From Asterias rubens (lineage: Eukaryota): a stretch of 64,000 bases of DNA. Shown here in pieces: positions 25,793 to 37,365 of the stretch (the first letter of the stretch is position 1; each line of letters starts with the position of its first letter). The notes under the pieces were generated by a model. The model made no database searches, had not been told where the DNA came from, and worked only from the letters and a program-made list of their open reading frames with translations. Position numbers and translations under genes: made by a program. Location: contig NC_047069.1 in assembly GCF_902459465.1 (NCBI RefSeq), positions 8,494,001 to 8,558,000 of the forward strand, in the 5' to 3' direction.

Positions 25793-28700
25793 TCAGCAAC
25801 CCATGAAGTCACTGCCGAAGTATCGAGGAAACCCGGGATCTGCGTTTCGGTACTGGTTGTTGTATCGGAAATAACTCTTGCCTTGGATGAAATACGTGTA
25901 ACCTGGAAAACGATAAGTTCACGACAGAAAAAAAATCCGTTAATATAGATAGCGTACAAAGGCCTAACATTCTGACTCAAATTGGAATATGCAAATCGTG
26001 TTTATCCGCACTTACCATCTGTGTAGTCGAAGGCAGCGTCGATATAGGGAGGTATACCCTCAAAAACATCCAAAATGTGATAAGGATACCCGTATTCTAC
26101 TTGCTGGTACGCTTCGTCATACCGCCATACCTGAAACAATGGGATTTGTTTTCAGTGATTACATAATGTGTACAGAAATAAACAGACAAACCGTGTAAAG
26201 GGATGGGGTTGCTGGGCATACAGGGTGTCGTGGCCGAGTGGAGCCCCGAACTCAAGCCCCTGTTGTTTCTGCTCAGCAACCCAGTCGTGACACTTGTGTC
26301 CCTGAGCAAGACACTTAACTATAGGGTGCGTTCGTTTAGCTTCCCTGGGTCGACCCCGGTGTGTGGCGGTTTTTTTCCCCAGGACAAACGTGGGTAATTA
26401 TCTGCACACAATCGTCCTGGGAAAAAAAAACCGCCACACACCGGGGTCGACCCGGGGAAGCTCAACGAACGCACCCATAATTGCTTCTCTATTCACCCAG
26501 GACTAAATGGGTACCTCTGTGAGGGCATAGATGGTTCTTTGGGATTGGTTTAGCCAAGTAGCGCAGGTAATTGTCGCACAGGCTGTATACTCCTTCAGGG
26601 AGTTGAGATGGTTTAAGGAATGATTAAGGCCCAGTGACTAGGGGTAATGTCAGAAGCGCTTTGAGAAGCCATCGGGTGTGAAAAATGCTAATTAAAAACT
26701 GGTTATTGTTGTTATTATTATTATCAAAGTATTTTCAGCTTTAAAGGAAAACATTCTTGTTATCTTTTTGGTTGCCAATACGTATTGAAGAGTCTTATAT
26801 TTAAACGTAGCTTACCTGATGATCCTTAAAAAAGTATGTTGTATTGTATCTTCTTAACGGTACTACTGCATCTATATCTTGAGGTATCCCCATCTCATCC
26901 ACATGGCGCGGATATCCCGGCAGTGCGTGTTTACCTTTATACAACCAATAGTTAGATCCTGTGTACGAAGCAATACGGAACACTATACTTCAGATCAAGA
27001 AAGAAATTGTCTATAAAATAAAACCTTACCAGTGCACGTTAATTATCTAAATTCCGTTTTCTTTAAATAATTATTATCGGTTGTAAATTCATTTTAAACC
27101 ACAAATCATTGACAATTTATTTACCAGATTCTTGGTCAGTTTTGTCTAGTTTGTGTTCGTGTATGAACCGATTAGAGTTGTTGACAAAAAGTACATACAA
27201 GAGAGGGACATCCCGGTTGTAGGTGCGTGCTTGCTTGCGAGTCAATGTGTCAATGTTTTGCTCTTGATAAGATCACGAAAGTTATGTCAGATTTAAAATC
27301 ACCTTTGAAAAATACAACATGGCCGTCCTGGGGTCGTTGATACACTGCATCTATCATCCTCGGAAGTTTTAAGAATCTCTTGCGAATGGGGAGACCAGCA
27401 GAGGGCGCTATAAGCTTCCCATACCGGCTGATTCGCCAAAACCGACGATCCTAAAAAAAATAATTATAATAAGCCATCGAAGAAAATTGGTGGAAGATAC
27501 GAATGTTTCTGCCACTTACCCTGTTGCTGTCCATTCTGCCTTTTGACATTAACAAATAAAATTGATATGATGGAGTAGTTGTTGTAATTTGACATAGACT
27601 AATGCATAATTTTAGTCTTTGCCGTCATGATATTGTCAATATGCTATAGTTCAAACCTTAAATGCAAAGAGAATCCCGTCAATCATTGCAGTAGCGTCGT
27701 ACCCCTTATTGCAAGGAGACCGAGGGTCACCGTGATGCTGGTTTCTGTCCAAAGTACCTGCGTAAAAACACGAAGTCTGAGGGATTGCTAAGGACTTCAA
27801 GTTCAAGTAGAGCTTGATATTATAAATATTACTAACATTCCCGCCTGTTCAAATTCCCCTAAAATAGTTACTGTCCCATATACCACAGTACCCCACTCAT
27901 TGGCTTTCGTCTTAAATGGTACCTTTAAAAATACTGTAGTTTATAATATTATTGAATAAAATAAGGAACAAAGGAAAATAATATCACAACCAGGGCTCGA
28001 ACTGGGACCTTTTGTTCCCCAAAACAGCGTGTCCCACATATAAAGTAGTCTATCGAAATGTTAACAGGCTTTTACATGTGTACAGGCGGTCAAAATGTAC
28101 TTGTAATTTTTGTATAATCTGCTAAAATGATATTATACGTTGGACTTTCCAAAGATTACAATTAAAAAACAAAATTAAACCAATCTTTACCTCCCGGCTC
28201 GTCTCACGGGACATTCAAACGGTTGCAATAGTCTTGAAAACCTGTTTTTCACGACAAATTCTATTATTAAAGGCAGTGGTCACTATTGGTAATTACTCAA
28301 AAAAAATTGTGAGCATAAAAACTTATACTTGGTAACGAGTACTGGAGAGCTGTTGATAGTATAAAACATTGTGGAAACGTAGTTTTCGAGAAAGAAGTTA
28401 TTTTCCGTGAAGTTATCTTCGAGTCCTCAGAATTAGACGTTGAGGTCTCGAAATCAAGCATATAAAAGCACACAACTTCGTGTGAAAATGGTGTTTTTTA
28501 TTTCATGCATATCTTGCAACTTCGACGACCAATATTGAGCTACATTTTCACAAGTTTGTTATTTTATGCATATTATGTTGAAATACACCAAGTGAGAAGA
28601 CTGGTCTTTGACAATTACCAATAGTGTCCAGTGTTTCTTTAAAGAGAGAATCATAGAATACATCCGACCGGTCAGCTGGAAAGGGGTTAACATGCACTAT

Positions 28701-29858
28701 TTCTTTGTAGCTTTTATACTATACCATAAAGTAGTTGTGCAGCTCTAATGTCATCCTCCTGCAGCTTCAGGCCTGGCATGTAACCGGTATAGTCTGGTGC
28801 CATTATAGCGCCCTCTGTCCATGAGTGCTGCAAGCCAAGACTGTGACCAAGTTCGTGGAGAGCAACCTGAAACAAGTTGTAGCCTGTGACAGTGAAATGA
28901 ATTATGTTTCTTTTAGGTGTGAGCTAGAAACGAAACCAAATATATTGCAACCTGTTGAACTAACAACACAAAAATAATGAAAACAGTAAAACACGTCATA
29001 ATCAACGGGGAAGCGAAACCAAAGACATAGCCAAAATTATTCTATTCTAGGAAACTATTCAAGTTAATAATTTTCTAAGAAGATTGAACTTTGTAACTTG
29101 CCATCATGTCCCCGGTATGTGAAGACCTCAGAATCATCAAAATGTACGTCTCCGTCTAAATCACCGTGCAAGCCGTTCGGCACGAATGCATGGGCTATGG
29201 TCCCGTTGATACCATCAAAGTCGTAAGGGCAGTTGTGGTTCCATGTTGAGAACTTGATGTGAATATCTGCGTGCCCATTGGTTATTCTCCGAAATGACAA
29301 GGGGGTAGCCTCTTCCCATTGTTTAAAGGCTCTACCTAGTGAATCGTCCACTTGGTCCTCAGTCATCCGGTAGTGGTATGGATAATTCACAATTCTGCGT
29401 GAATGTATGGAGTTGTTTTTGTTGATTGCTTATTATAGTCTTTACTTTACTACTTAGACATATAGAGATGTTTTTAATTTTGTGTTTAGAAATTTAAATC
29501 TATATTGAATACAGCATTATAAACATAACCGAGTCTTCAAAGTAGCATTACTTTTAATTCCATAAACCCACCTGTACGTCAAATGTTTCTTGGTCCATCT
29601 CGTCCAGTCGATGGAGTACCGCTTCTGTCTTCTGTCACCAGGTCTCATTGAAGATATACCTCCCAGATCCGGCACACCGCATCGAGGTTTTCTTGCTCCA
29701 GAACGGGTGGCATTTACTTCTTGGGATAATTTCGGCACCAATGCAAACTTCCCACGCGAAGTCTTTTCGGAGCCATGAGAGCTGGCTGCAGATTTCCTTT
29801 GATCTAAGCCCGTGACGTCTTGAAGAGATGGTACTTTTCCAAGAGTGATTACATCACT
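25793..29858 (-). CDS. Secreted matrix metalloproteinase (M10A) with propeptide, catalytic and hemopexin domains; 5' end unresolved
   Basis: Exons 29858-29572, 29394-29102, 28883-28725, 27757-27657, 27450-27303, 26958-26816, 26130-26016 and 25902-25793 join in consistent phase. Motifs: cysteine switch PRCGVPD, furin site RQKR, AHAF, zinc site HELGHSLGLQH, Met-turn AIMAP, and hemopexin repeats ending FMGC*. No TM or GPI tail. Confidence 0.95.
26221..26722 (+). mobile_element. tRNA-derived SINE interrupted by a MITE, in an MMP intron
   Basis: Head GGGTGTCGTGGCCGAGTGG; CORE-like GTGTCCCTGAGCAAGACACTTAAC; CACCCAGGACTAAATGGGTACC; tail AAGCGCTTTGAG...GGTGTGAAAA...(ATT)n. Confidence 0.7.
26324..26476. 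mobile_element. 153-bp palindromic MITE with 3-bp TSD (ATA), PIF/Harbinger (Tourist)-like
   Basis: ATA|GGGTGCGTTCGTTTAGCTTCCCTGGGTCGACCCCGGTGTGTGGCGG...CCGCCACACACCGGGGTCGACCCGGGGAAGCTCAACGAACGCACCC|ATA. Confidence 0.85.
28267..28642. mobile_element. TTAA-type MITE, family A, in an MMP intron
   Basis: TTAA|AGGCAGTGGTCACTATTGGTAATTACTC ... CAATAGTGTCCAGTGTTTCT|TTAA. Confidence 0.85.
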
Positions 29859-31037
29859 CTAAATGGGAAAAAGCAAAGCACCTTGTGTGTACATATTGTT
29901 AATAATGATAATCATTGTCACAACGACTGAAACAAAATATGATTGTTTGAACCAGTATTCTAAAACGAAAGTTCTTTTATTCTAAACTTACCAAATAATA
30001 TCAGCGTGCCCTCTGAGTGAACCCGAAACCAAAGCTCTGATTGAAAGACTAAGGGAAAAGTGCATTCGAGGTCTAAAACGGTTAAGTTCATGGAATTCCC
30101 TCCCGTTGCGAAGCTTTCTGTATGTTTTTGTCTTGTTTTTTAAATGCTGCTGTGTGCGGTTGTGAATTCCCCCAGCTTTTCATAAAATTATATAATTGAA
30201 GTAAAAGACAGAAAATTTGATATTTAAAAAAAACGTCAAACCATTATGGTTAATGTTGGGCTTCACCGGTCTCTCTATGCAGTGCTGATAGTGGGTTCGA
30301 ATATCATATTTCCCAATAATTAATAAGTTTGTGCTGTCTTTGTTATTGGCACCGCTTTTATTGTATTTGGTGGTATTTTATTCCCATGTGTGAACGAGTT
30401 CGCTCATTAAGAGTATAAGACAATGATTTGTTTTTGATATGACTATTGATTGTGTGTGGTAAAAATAAAAGAAATGAATGAGTAGAATACCATCGGGCTA
30501 CATTTTATACCTTTTCATAAAAATAGTGCGACCTGCCTGATGGACAAGAATGCCATCAGGTCAGTTTTGTTCGGGTGGTCGAAGAAGCGTGCAGAGACTG
30601 TGACCTGCTAAATACAGACACCCTGGTCAGAGGAAAGATTAACTGTGTATTACAGCAATTATGTACTGAGCAGAACTCGCAAAATGTCTTCGGACCCTAG
30701 AAAGATACTAATTGTGTGTAATTCATCACGTTTTGGCAATCACCGTCAATCCATGAATGTGATTATTTTCACTTGTAATATGCGGGCAGGGGATGGTTTA
30801 CAGCACACTGGGAGCTGATACGGTTAATTCAGGTCGTCATTTCGAACAAAGTTTCTTCTGTCAATGAGTTTATAAATGATTCTCACAGGGGCGCTTCATA
30901 TATGATTTTCAAACGCAAGTTCTGAACTTATTTGTTATATTGTGGTTAGGTACGTGGTGTAGGTATATTGTGGTTAGCATTTGTACTGCACGAATTGCTT
31001 GTAAATTTGTTAAGGGGTTTTCGTGCTTTGTATCTTA

Positions 31038-31812
31038 TTATATACACTGGACACATATCGAAATTACTCCAAATATTTGTTAAAGACAGTGTACACTATT
31101 GGTAATTGTCAAAGACCAGTCTTCTCACTTGGTGTATCTCAACATATGCATAAAATAACAAACCTGTGAAAATTTGAGCTCGATCGGTCCTCGGAGTTGC
31201 AAGATAACTATGAAAGAAAAAAACACCCTTGTCACACGAAGATGTGTGCGTTTAGATGGTTGATTTCGAGACCTCAAGTTCTAAACTTGAGGTCTCGAAA
31301 TCAAATTCGTGGAAAATTACTCCTTTCTCCAAAACTAGGTCACTTCAGAGAGAGCTGTTTCTCACAATGTTTTATACAATCAACCTCTCCCCATTACTCG
31401 TTACAAAGTAAGGTTTTATGCCAATAATTATTTTGAGTAATTACCAATAGTGTCCACTGACTTTAACATAAAAACCTACTTGTTAAAGACCAATGGAGCT
31501 GTAGTGTTGATAGTATAAAACATTGCGAGAAATGGCTCCCTCTGAAGTGACGTAGTCTTCGAGGAAGAAGTAATTTTCCACTGAAATATTTGAATTTGAC
31601 TTCGAGACCTCATAGATAGATTTTGAGGTCTCGAAATCAAGCATCTGAAAGCACACAACTTGTGCGACAAGTGTGATACTTCTTCCATTATTCTCTCGCA
31701 ACTTCGACGACCAATTGAATTTTTATTATTTTTTGGCATACAAAATATGTTGAGATACACCAAGTGAGAACTCTGGTCTTTGACAATTAATCAAAGTGTC
31801 CAGTGCCTTTAA
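31038..31812. mobile_element. Outer family A MITE split by a nested copy
   Basis: Left end 31038-31083 (CACTGGACAC..AATTACTCCAAATATTTGTTAA). The element resumes at 31467 (CATAAAAACCTACTTG) and ends GTGTCCAGTGCCT|TTAA at 31812. Confidence 0.75.
31080..31466. mobile_element. Inner family A MITE, opposite orientation, with TTAA TSD
   Basis: TTAA|AGACAGTGTACACTATTGGTAATTGTC ... AATTACCAATAGTGTCCACTGACT|TTAA. Confidence 0.88.
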
Positions 31813-34119
31813 TGATTAACAATTTAACTTGACATCGACAATTTAATTTGCTTATAAAATGGCTGAAAATTAAGCCCCCTCGTCAAATTTAGAACAGGTC
31901 TTGTGAGAAGACCAACATGAACTTTTCCCCCATAAAATTTGAACCAAGACTATACAACTGTATTTTCATTTCAAATGTGTAGTTTGTTATTATTAAAATA
32001 GCAATTTGTGATGCAGAGCTTTGTAAAAGTGGACTGATGAAAACATTTCCCCCAAAATCATAAAACAAAAGTATTTAAATTCACTTCCCGATGTGAACGT
32101 AACCACAAATGATCAACTTCGCAGAAACAGAATAAAAAACATTAAACAGCATTTGTTAAAAGCAGTATAAAGTTAAATCTAACCCCTTGCATCGATATGG
32201 TTTGTAGAAATGGCAACTACTTATTCATAATTGTTTCAACTCTGTTCTACATTAGGCGTATAATTTAAGACCGTGACATTAATTTGCCAATCCTTTCAGC
32301 GCAGTGTATAATGATTTGTAATGACCTTGGTAACCAGACTGGGTTGAATTTTTGCTCCCTTGATATACCACAACACAGCCAAGTATACCACTCTTTTTTA
32401 TCACCCAATGTTTTTCTTGTGGAGAATTGGCGTTGCAATGACGACAAACGAGCGGGGTTTTGCTCGATTGGAACCATTTACAGGATCAAGGCTCTCCCAA
32501 AGGTTCTCTTAATTACCTTAAAAAACATCGAGTATACTCTCGCTACCTAACAGTGTACTCGCTGTCTCATAGTCTTTTTCGTGAAAGTTAAAATATCTTA
32601 CCAGCATACTTTCAAAGATGAGGATAAAAAATTAAGTGATGCCATACAAAAAACGTCTTTCGATTTAGCAGGTAGACAGGGTTTATATTTTACAATTCAT
32701 AAAAACATTGGTTGAAAAGTGAAATGAGCAGACCTTTCTGAAATAATTATTAAGCAATATTTTTCAGTAGGTTTGCATGCTTTTCTTTAGAAACCTACCT
32801 CAGATAAACTTTGTCCAGGCTCGGCAACACCTTTATGCACTATTGCATGAGCCGATTGACTGATGCGCCCGTTTGCAAATAAGAAGTAAATCCATACAAG
32901 CAAGACGTTACTTTGTGAAACTCGTGACTTCTTCCAACATAACGACATTATTCTTGTCGTGGTTGTATTGGTATGGGTAGCTTTTCACGACTGATGCCTC
33001 CCTGCTTTCGCTTGAGGGGTTCTCAAAGTGGTGTAGGCGTTTAACAGTTCATAGTCAGACTCAGCTTTACACAGTTTCTTGAGAGGATCTTGGAAGACCC
33101 CGGCGACTGTTGCACGATCAGCAAGTGAAAATGAATGGAACCGCCGTTGGAATCCTAGAATCTGGGACATGATGCCGAGAAACAATCATAATAGAAATGT
33201 GTATCGAATTATGAAAGTTGATTGAAAGTGGTGTCCCATAGCAATGGGTGACTCCAGACACCCGTTGGTACTAAACCAATGTGAAGATTCAGTAAAAAAA
33301 GGTTTCTACCCACTTATTTCTCCGTCGGTGCATAGGTTAACCAAACGGATGAGAATGAGTCACTAACATCTGAATAAAGTACAGAAATCCAGCCCAACGA
33401 TTTACATAATAAACGAAAGCAAGGAGAAACTTCTGTTTTACAGGCGCTTATTAATTTTGTACATAATTCCCCTTTTTCTTCCAGGACCCAGTTCTTACCG
33501 TAAATAAAGGCACAGACACTTACGGAATGAGTGATGGATGCACAATGTGTATCCTGCGAATAAGGATGTGCTACAAACAGTAAGTGGACACATTTGTGAT
33601 GTTTTTTGCTGTTTGACACCTACATAATATTTGTAACGTTTAAAACAAATTGTCGATGGGCTGTTGTTAAAGTTTGTTGGGAAAAACAATCAGGGATTTT
33701 GAGATAAGGTATTCCGCCAAAATAGTTACTGTGCGACCCATCGATTCAATACCTCTTGCTACGCTGCAGGAGTTACATACCGCCCTCACTTGTTTGTTTG
33801 ATTGTTTTGACGTTTTTTTCTTGTTTGATGTGTTATTTTTTCCTTTTGAGGTCAGTTTAGGTATAATAATAATGATAATTTAAGTAGTTATTAAACTAAA
33901 AGCGTGATTTTTGTTGAATTCAAACAATCATTTGCCATACTCGCAACAGCAACAGGCAAAGTCATTGGACTAGATAAGCTGTATAATACAAAGTGTATAC
34001 AATCATGACCATTACAGAATGACAATGTAGTATGGAGGATCTTCAATTAAGCTATCAAGTTAGTACTTGTTTCGTGTGTGAATCAAAATCGACGTACTGA
34101 AAGTTGCGGCGACGATATT

Positions 34120-35310
34120 TTTTGGAGAGTGGGGGACACGTTATCAAATGTCCCCCTCCCCCACCTTTTTGACCACCTTAATCATGAAGCCCAAGTTTTG
34201 CATTGTGTCAAACCTTGTGTCCCACCATGGGCATTAATCCTTGGGGCAAAGGATGATACAACTTTTTGAAGGGTGGGGGACACTATATCAAATGTTCCCC
34301 TCAAAGTTGGCCCCAGATTGCATCCCAGAGCATCTAAAATGCAAAATTCTCCCGGGCCCTTGAAGTCCCGCACCCTACGCCGTAGTTAAAGGAATTCTCA
34401 CAAGCATGTTCCATCGTTGACATATTTGCACACCCCCCCCCCCCCCCTTTAAAGTGTGATAGGGACGTGTCCCCCACCCCACCTCCACCCCACTTTCGAA
34501 GGGTGGGGGACACAATATCAAATGTTCCCCGTGTCTTTTAACCACCTTTATCAGCTGAACTTGATGCTGTTAACGTCAAAGGTTTTACTGCTGCTCACAC
34601 TTTAAAGCCTTATGTTCTGTTCCATTCTGTTTGCCTCTTATTTGCCTAAAATTGCATCACAGAGCATCTATAATTAAGCGGGCCCGGAACCATGCCGTAA
34701 AGGTTTCACACTCGCATGCTCACTCGATGACAGATTTGGCCCCTAAAACTTGTGTTATAGATCTGCACCTGAACTTGATGCTGTTAACTCAAAAAGTTCT
34801 ACTGCTGCTCACATTTTAAAGGCTTATGTTGTGTTCCATTCTGTTTGCGTCTTATTTGCCTAAGATTGCACCACAGAGCATCTAGAATGGACATTTTCCC
34901 GGGCCCTTATAGAGGGCCCGGGCCCATGCCTTAAAGGTTTCACACTAGTGTACTCACTCTTTGACAGATTTGCCCCCTAAAACTTGTGTCAAAGATCCGC
35001 ACCTGAAGATGCTGTTAACTCAAAAGCTGAGCATTGTATTGCAGATATTACGAAGCTATAATTGAGTTGCTATTTTTTTAGGTACAATAACCATGGAAGC
35101 AAAAATAGGTGCATCATAGCTTGAAGTAGGCATTAAATTCCAACATCTGAGAGGGCGGCACATCACTCCCTCAGACTCCCTATATTGCACCAGAGAGCAT
35201 CTACGGCCTAAACAAATTTCCGGGGGCCCTATAGCGGGCCTTGGACCCCACGCCGTAAATATTATGTGTGCCCCCCCCCCCCATCTTTCAAGACGGATTG
35301 ACGCCCCTGG
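34120..35310. repeat. Composite repeat region: 3 x GGTGGGGGACAC-N3-ATCAAATGT, a diverged ~214-234-bp tandem (34555-35025) and a CAGGGGCGTC-type terminus on the minus strand
   Basis: Motif copies near 34127, 34268 and 34498. CTGAACTTGATGCTGTTAAC at 34555 and 34769, with a variant at 35003. GACGCCCCTGG at 35300-35310. Confidence 0.7.
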
Positions 35311-35980
35311 CGGTGGCGTTTGCTTTCTTGTTGACCTTTTAAGGAACACTTTTGTGGGGTGGGGGTGTGCGACACTCTCTTCTTTCCGCCTAGCAAAAAA
35401 AAAACAAAGTCGCTACGAAGGTGTCCATCAGATTAAAGGAGACAAAGCATAACATTCATCAGAAGACGAGTTACCAATAATCACCATAGTGATTTGTATT
35501 GTGATATCACAATATGCTTAGCAGGAATGATAATAACATTTAGATCAATTTTACCAAAGCGGTGACCTCTTCTTTGGCGATGACGTTTGCTTTCTTGTTG
35601 ACGAAGTATTTTCTTTAATCTATATGTATATATTTTTTAAGGTTCGTTTCATGCTACTATAGTTAGCAAATTTTGTAATTGATCCCTAAGTAATCCAGAG
35701 AAGAAATCTTGATAGTTCCATGTACTCTCGGAATGTTGGCTCAGGCTTTTCAACCATAAGAGTCAAAGAGCAACTTAAGCCAGCTGTTTGTGTTGCTTCA
35801 CTAGTTCATCCTTGACCGATTTATGTACAACCCCTGATCCATGCAGTACACAACTTTAATACTAATATGGTAAACACTTTAGAAATATTTAGAAAAATGG
35901 AAAACCAAAATAGTATCGTGCTGTTGTTAAACTACTCCTGATTAAAATAGTAATGGCACACAGGGTAATTAAATGTATAT

Positions 35981-36030
35981 AATAATAATAATAATAATAA
36001 CCCGTTTTTATATAGCGCTTTTCACACCCA
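35981..36030 (-). mobile_element. 3' tail of the same SINE family as 26221-26722
   Basis: Minus strand GGGTGTGAAAAGCGCTATATAAAAACGGG(TTA)n. Confidence 0.65.
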
Positions 36031-37365
36031 TGGGATGTGCGAGTCAACCTTGAATCAGTATGTAACATTGATCACAAGAATGTTTGCTTCTGTATTTTCC
36101 CTCATGGCAGGCAATGCTATCAGTCCATAAATGTGTTTCCTTGATGGCTATATAGACCTTCACTCAATGTAACCAGAGTTTCAAAGCTATCGGGCTGTAT
36201 ATCTTTTGTGAGGCATTCGTGTATGTAATGAGGACCCTGTTGAACGTTGCTCTGTTGCATGCTCCAGAAAACATTCAGATTTACTGCAGTTTTAGTACCA
36301 TTGTGAATGCTTCGCGTGAATTATTAATCTGCCTTGCCCTCGTCGTTCATTCAACTACATCGCAACCGGTACAACAACTCTACATTCACAAGGAGTGCAG
36401 GCATAGTGCAGAAAGACAGGCGTATTTCCGGTTGGTTTGCTGTACATGGTAAGTTGCACGTTGCACTTTGGAGTACCTCCATGGTTGCAAATTATTTTTA
36501 AAAGATGTTAACCCCCAAAATAGGGTAATGTAACGTTGCTATCTTTACTTTTTAATGGAGCATCATAACTTATCAAGCTCATAATCAATCAATTATCTCT
36601 TAATTCTTAATGTTTTCTGGCTAAATGCACCCATATTGCCTGCATGAAAAGTGATCGGTATAGAGAGGAGGACCTCTGGCCAAATTTCAAACAGGCTGCT
36701 TAAGGACAACAAGTTGATAAGCACATCAACATTTTGCTTACCAAAATAAGATTCAGCTAGCTAAAATACCATTTAATGCGTATAATACAATTTCCATTAC
36801 AAGAGTAAATCCATTGTAAAATGTCTGTTAGAACTTATAGGCCTACAGTATGTTATTAAACTCGTACCATTCCTTATTCCTTAATAATGCATACGGTACT
36901 ACTGATGGGCGGGGCAAAGGGAATTGACCTTGCAAACTTTGCATAAATTATTTACATTATTAGGCCTGCATTTTGATAAAGTTCTCGAAACGCGATCCCT
37001 TGTTCATTTAGTTCAGTCGATTTCCGAAGTAACGAATGCTAGCCGATAATTGTTTTGGTATGTTATTTATTCAAACTGAGTGAGGCACTACCAGTACAAC
37101 CCTGCCACACCCATGTTCCATGTAGTTTCATATTGGGGACCTTTAACAATTTCTGGAAACGATGAGCTTTTATCATGAGAACTTGCTGATAGACCCATAC
37201 AACATTCATGACAGTCTTGTACCAGCTGTGCATGCTATTAACTTTGTTAGACCTCCAGACCCACAATCGAAGTTCAGGTTCAGGTTCAGTGTTTTAATGT
37301 TATGTTTAAGTTCATACATGCCTTTTGTCCATCTCTACAGATAGCGACATTAATCTAGGAATAAC

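Noticed and set aside
28190-28241. Cryptic MMP exon that would truncate after the catalytic domain (…YGFQDYCNRLNVP*)
   Set aside because: The acceptor lacks a pyrimidine tract, and the flanking exons already join in phase without it.
10551-31812. Recurrent ~390-bp repeats and the 177-bp tandem as a CRISPR-like array
   Set aside because: Eukaryotic context, dispersed TIR elements, no short repeat-spacer periodicity and no cas genes.
32900-33185. Protein-like minus-strand frames between the MMP and transglutaminase, as candidate MMP first exon
   Set aside because: No signal peptide or pro-domain motif, and no compatible donor.
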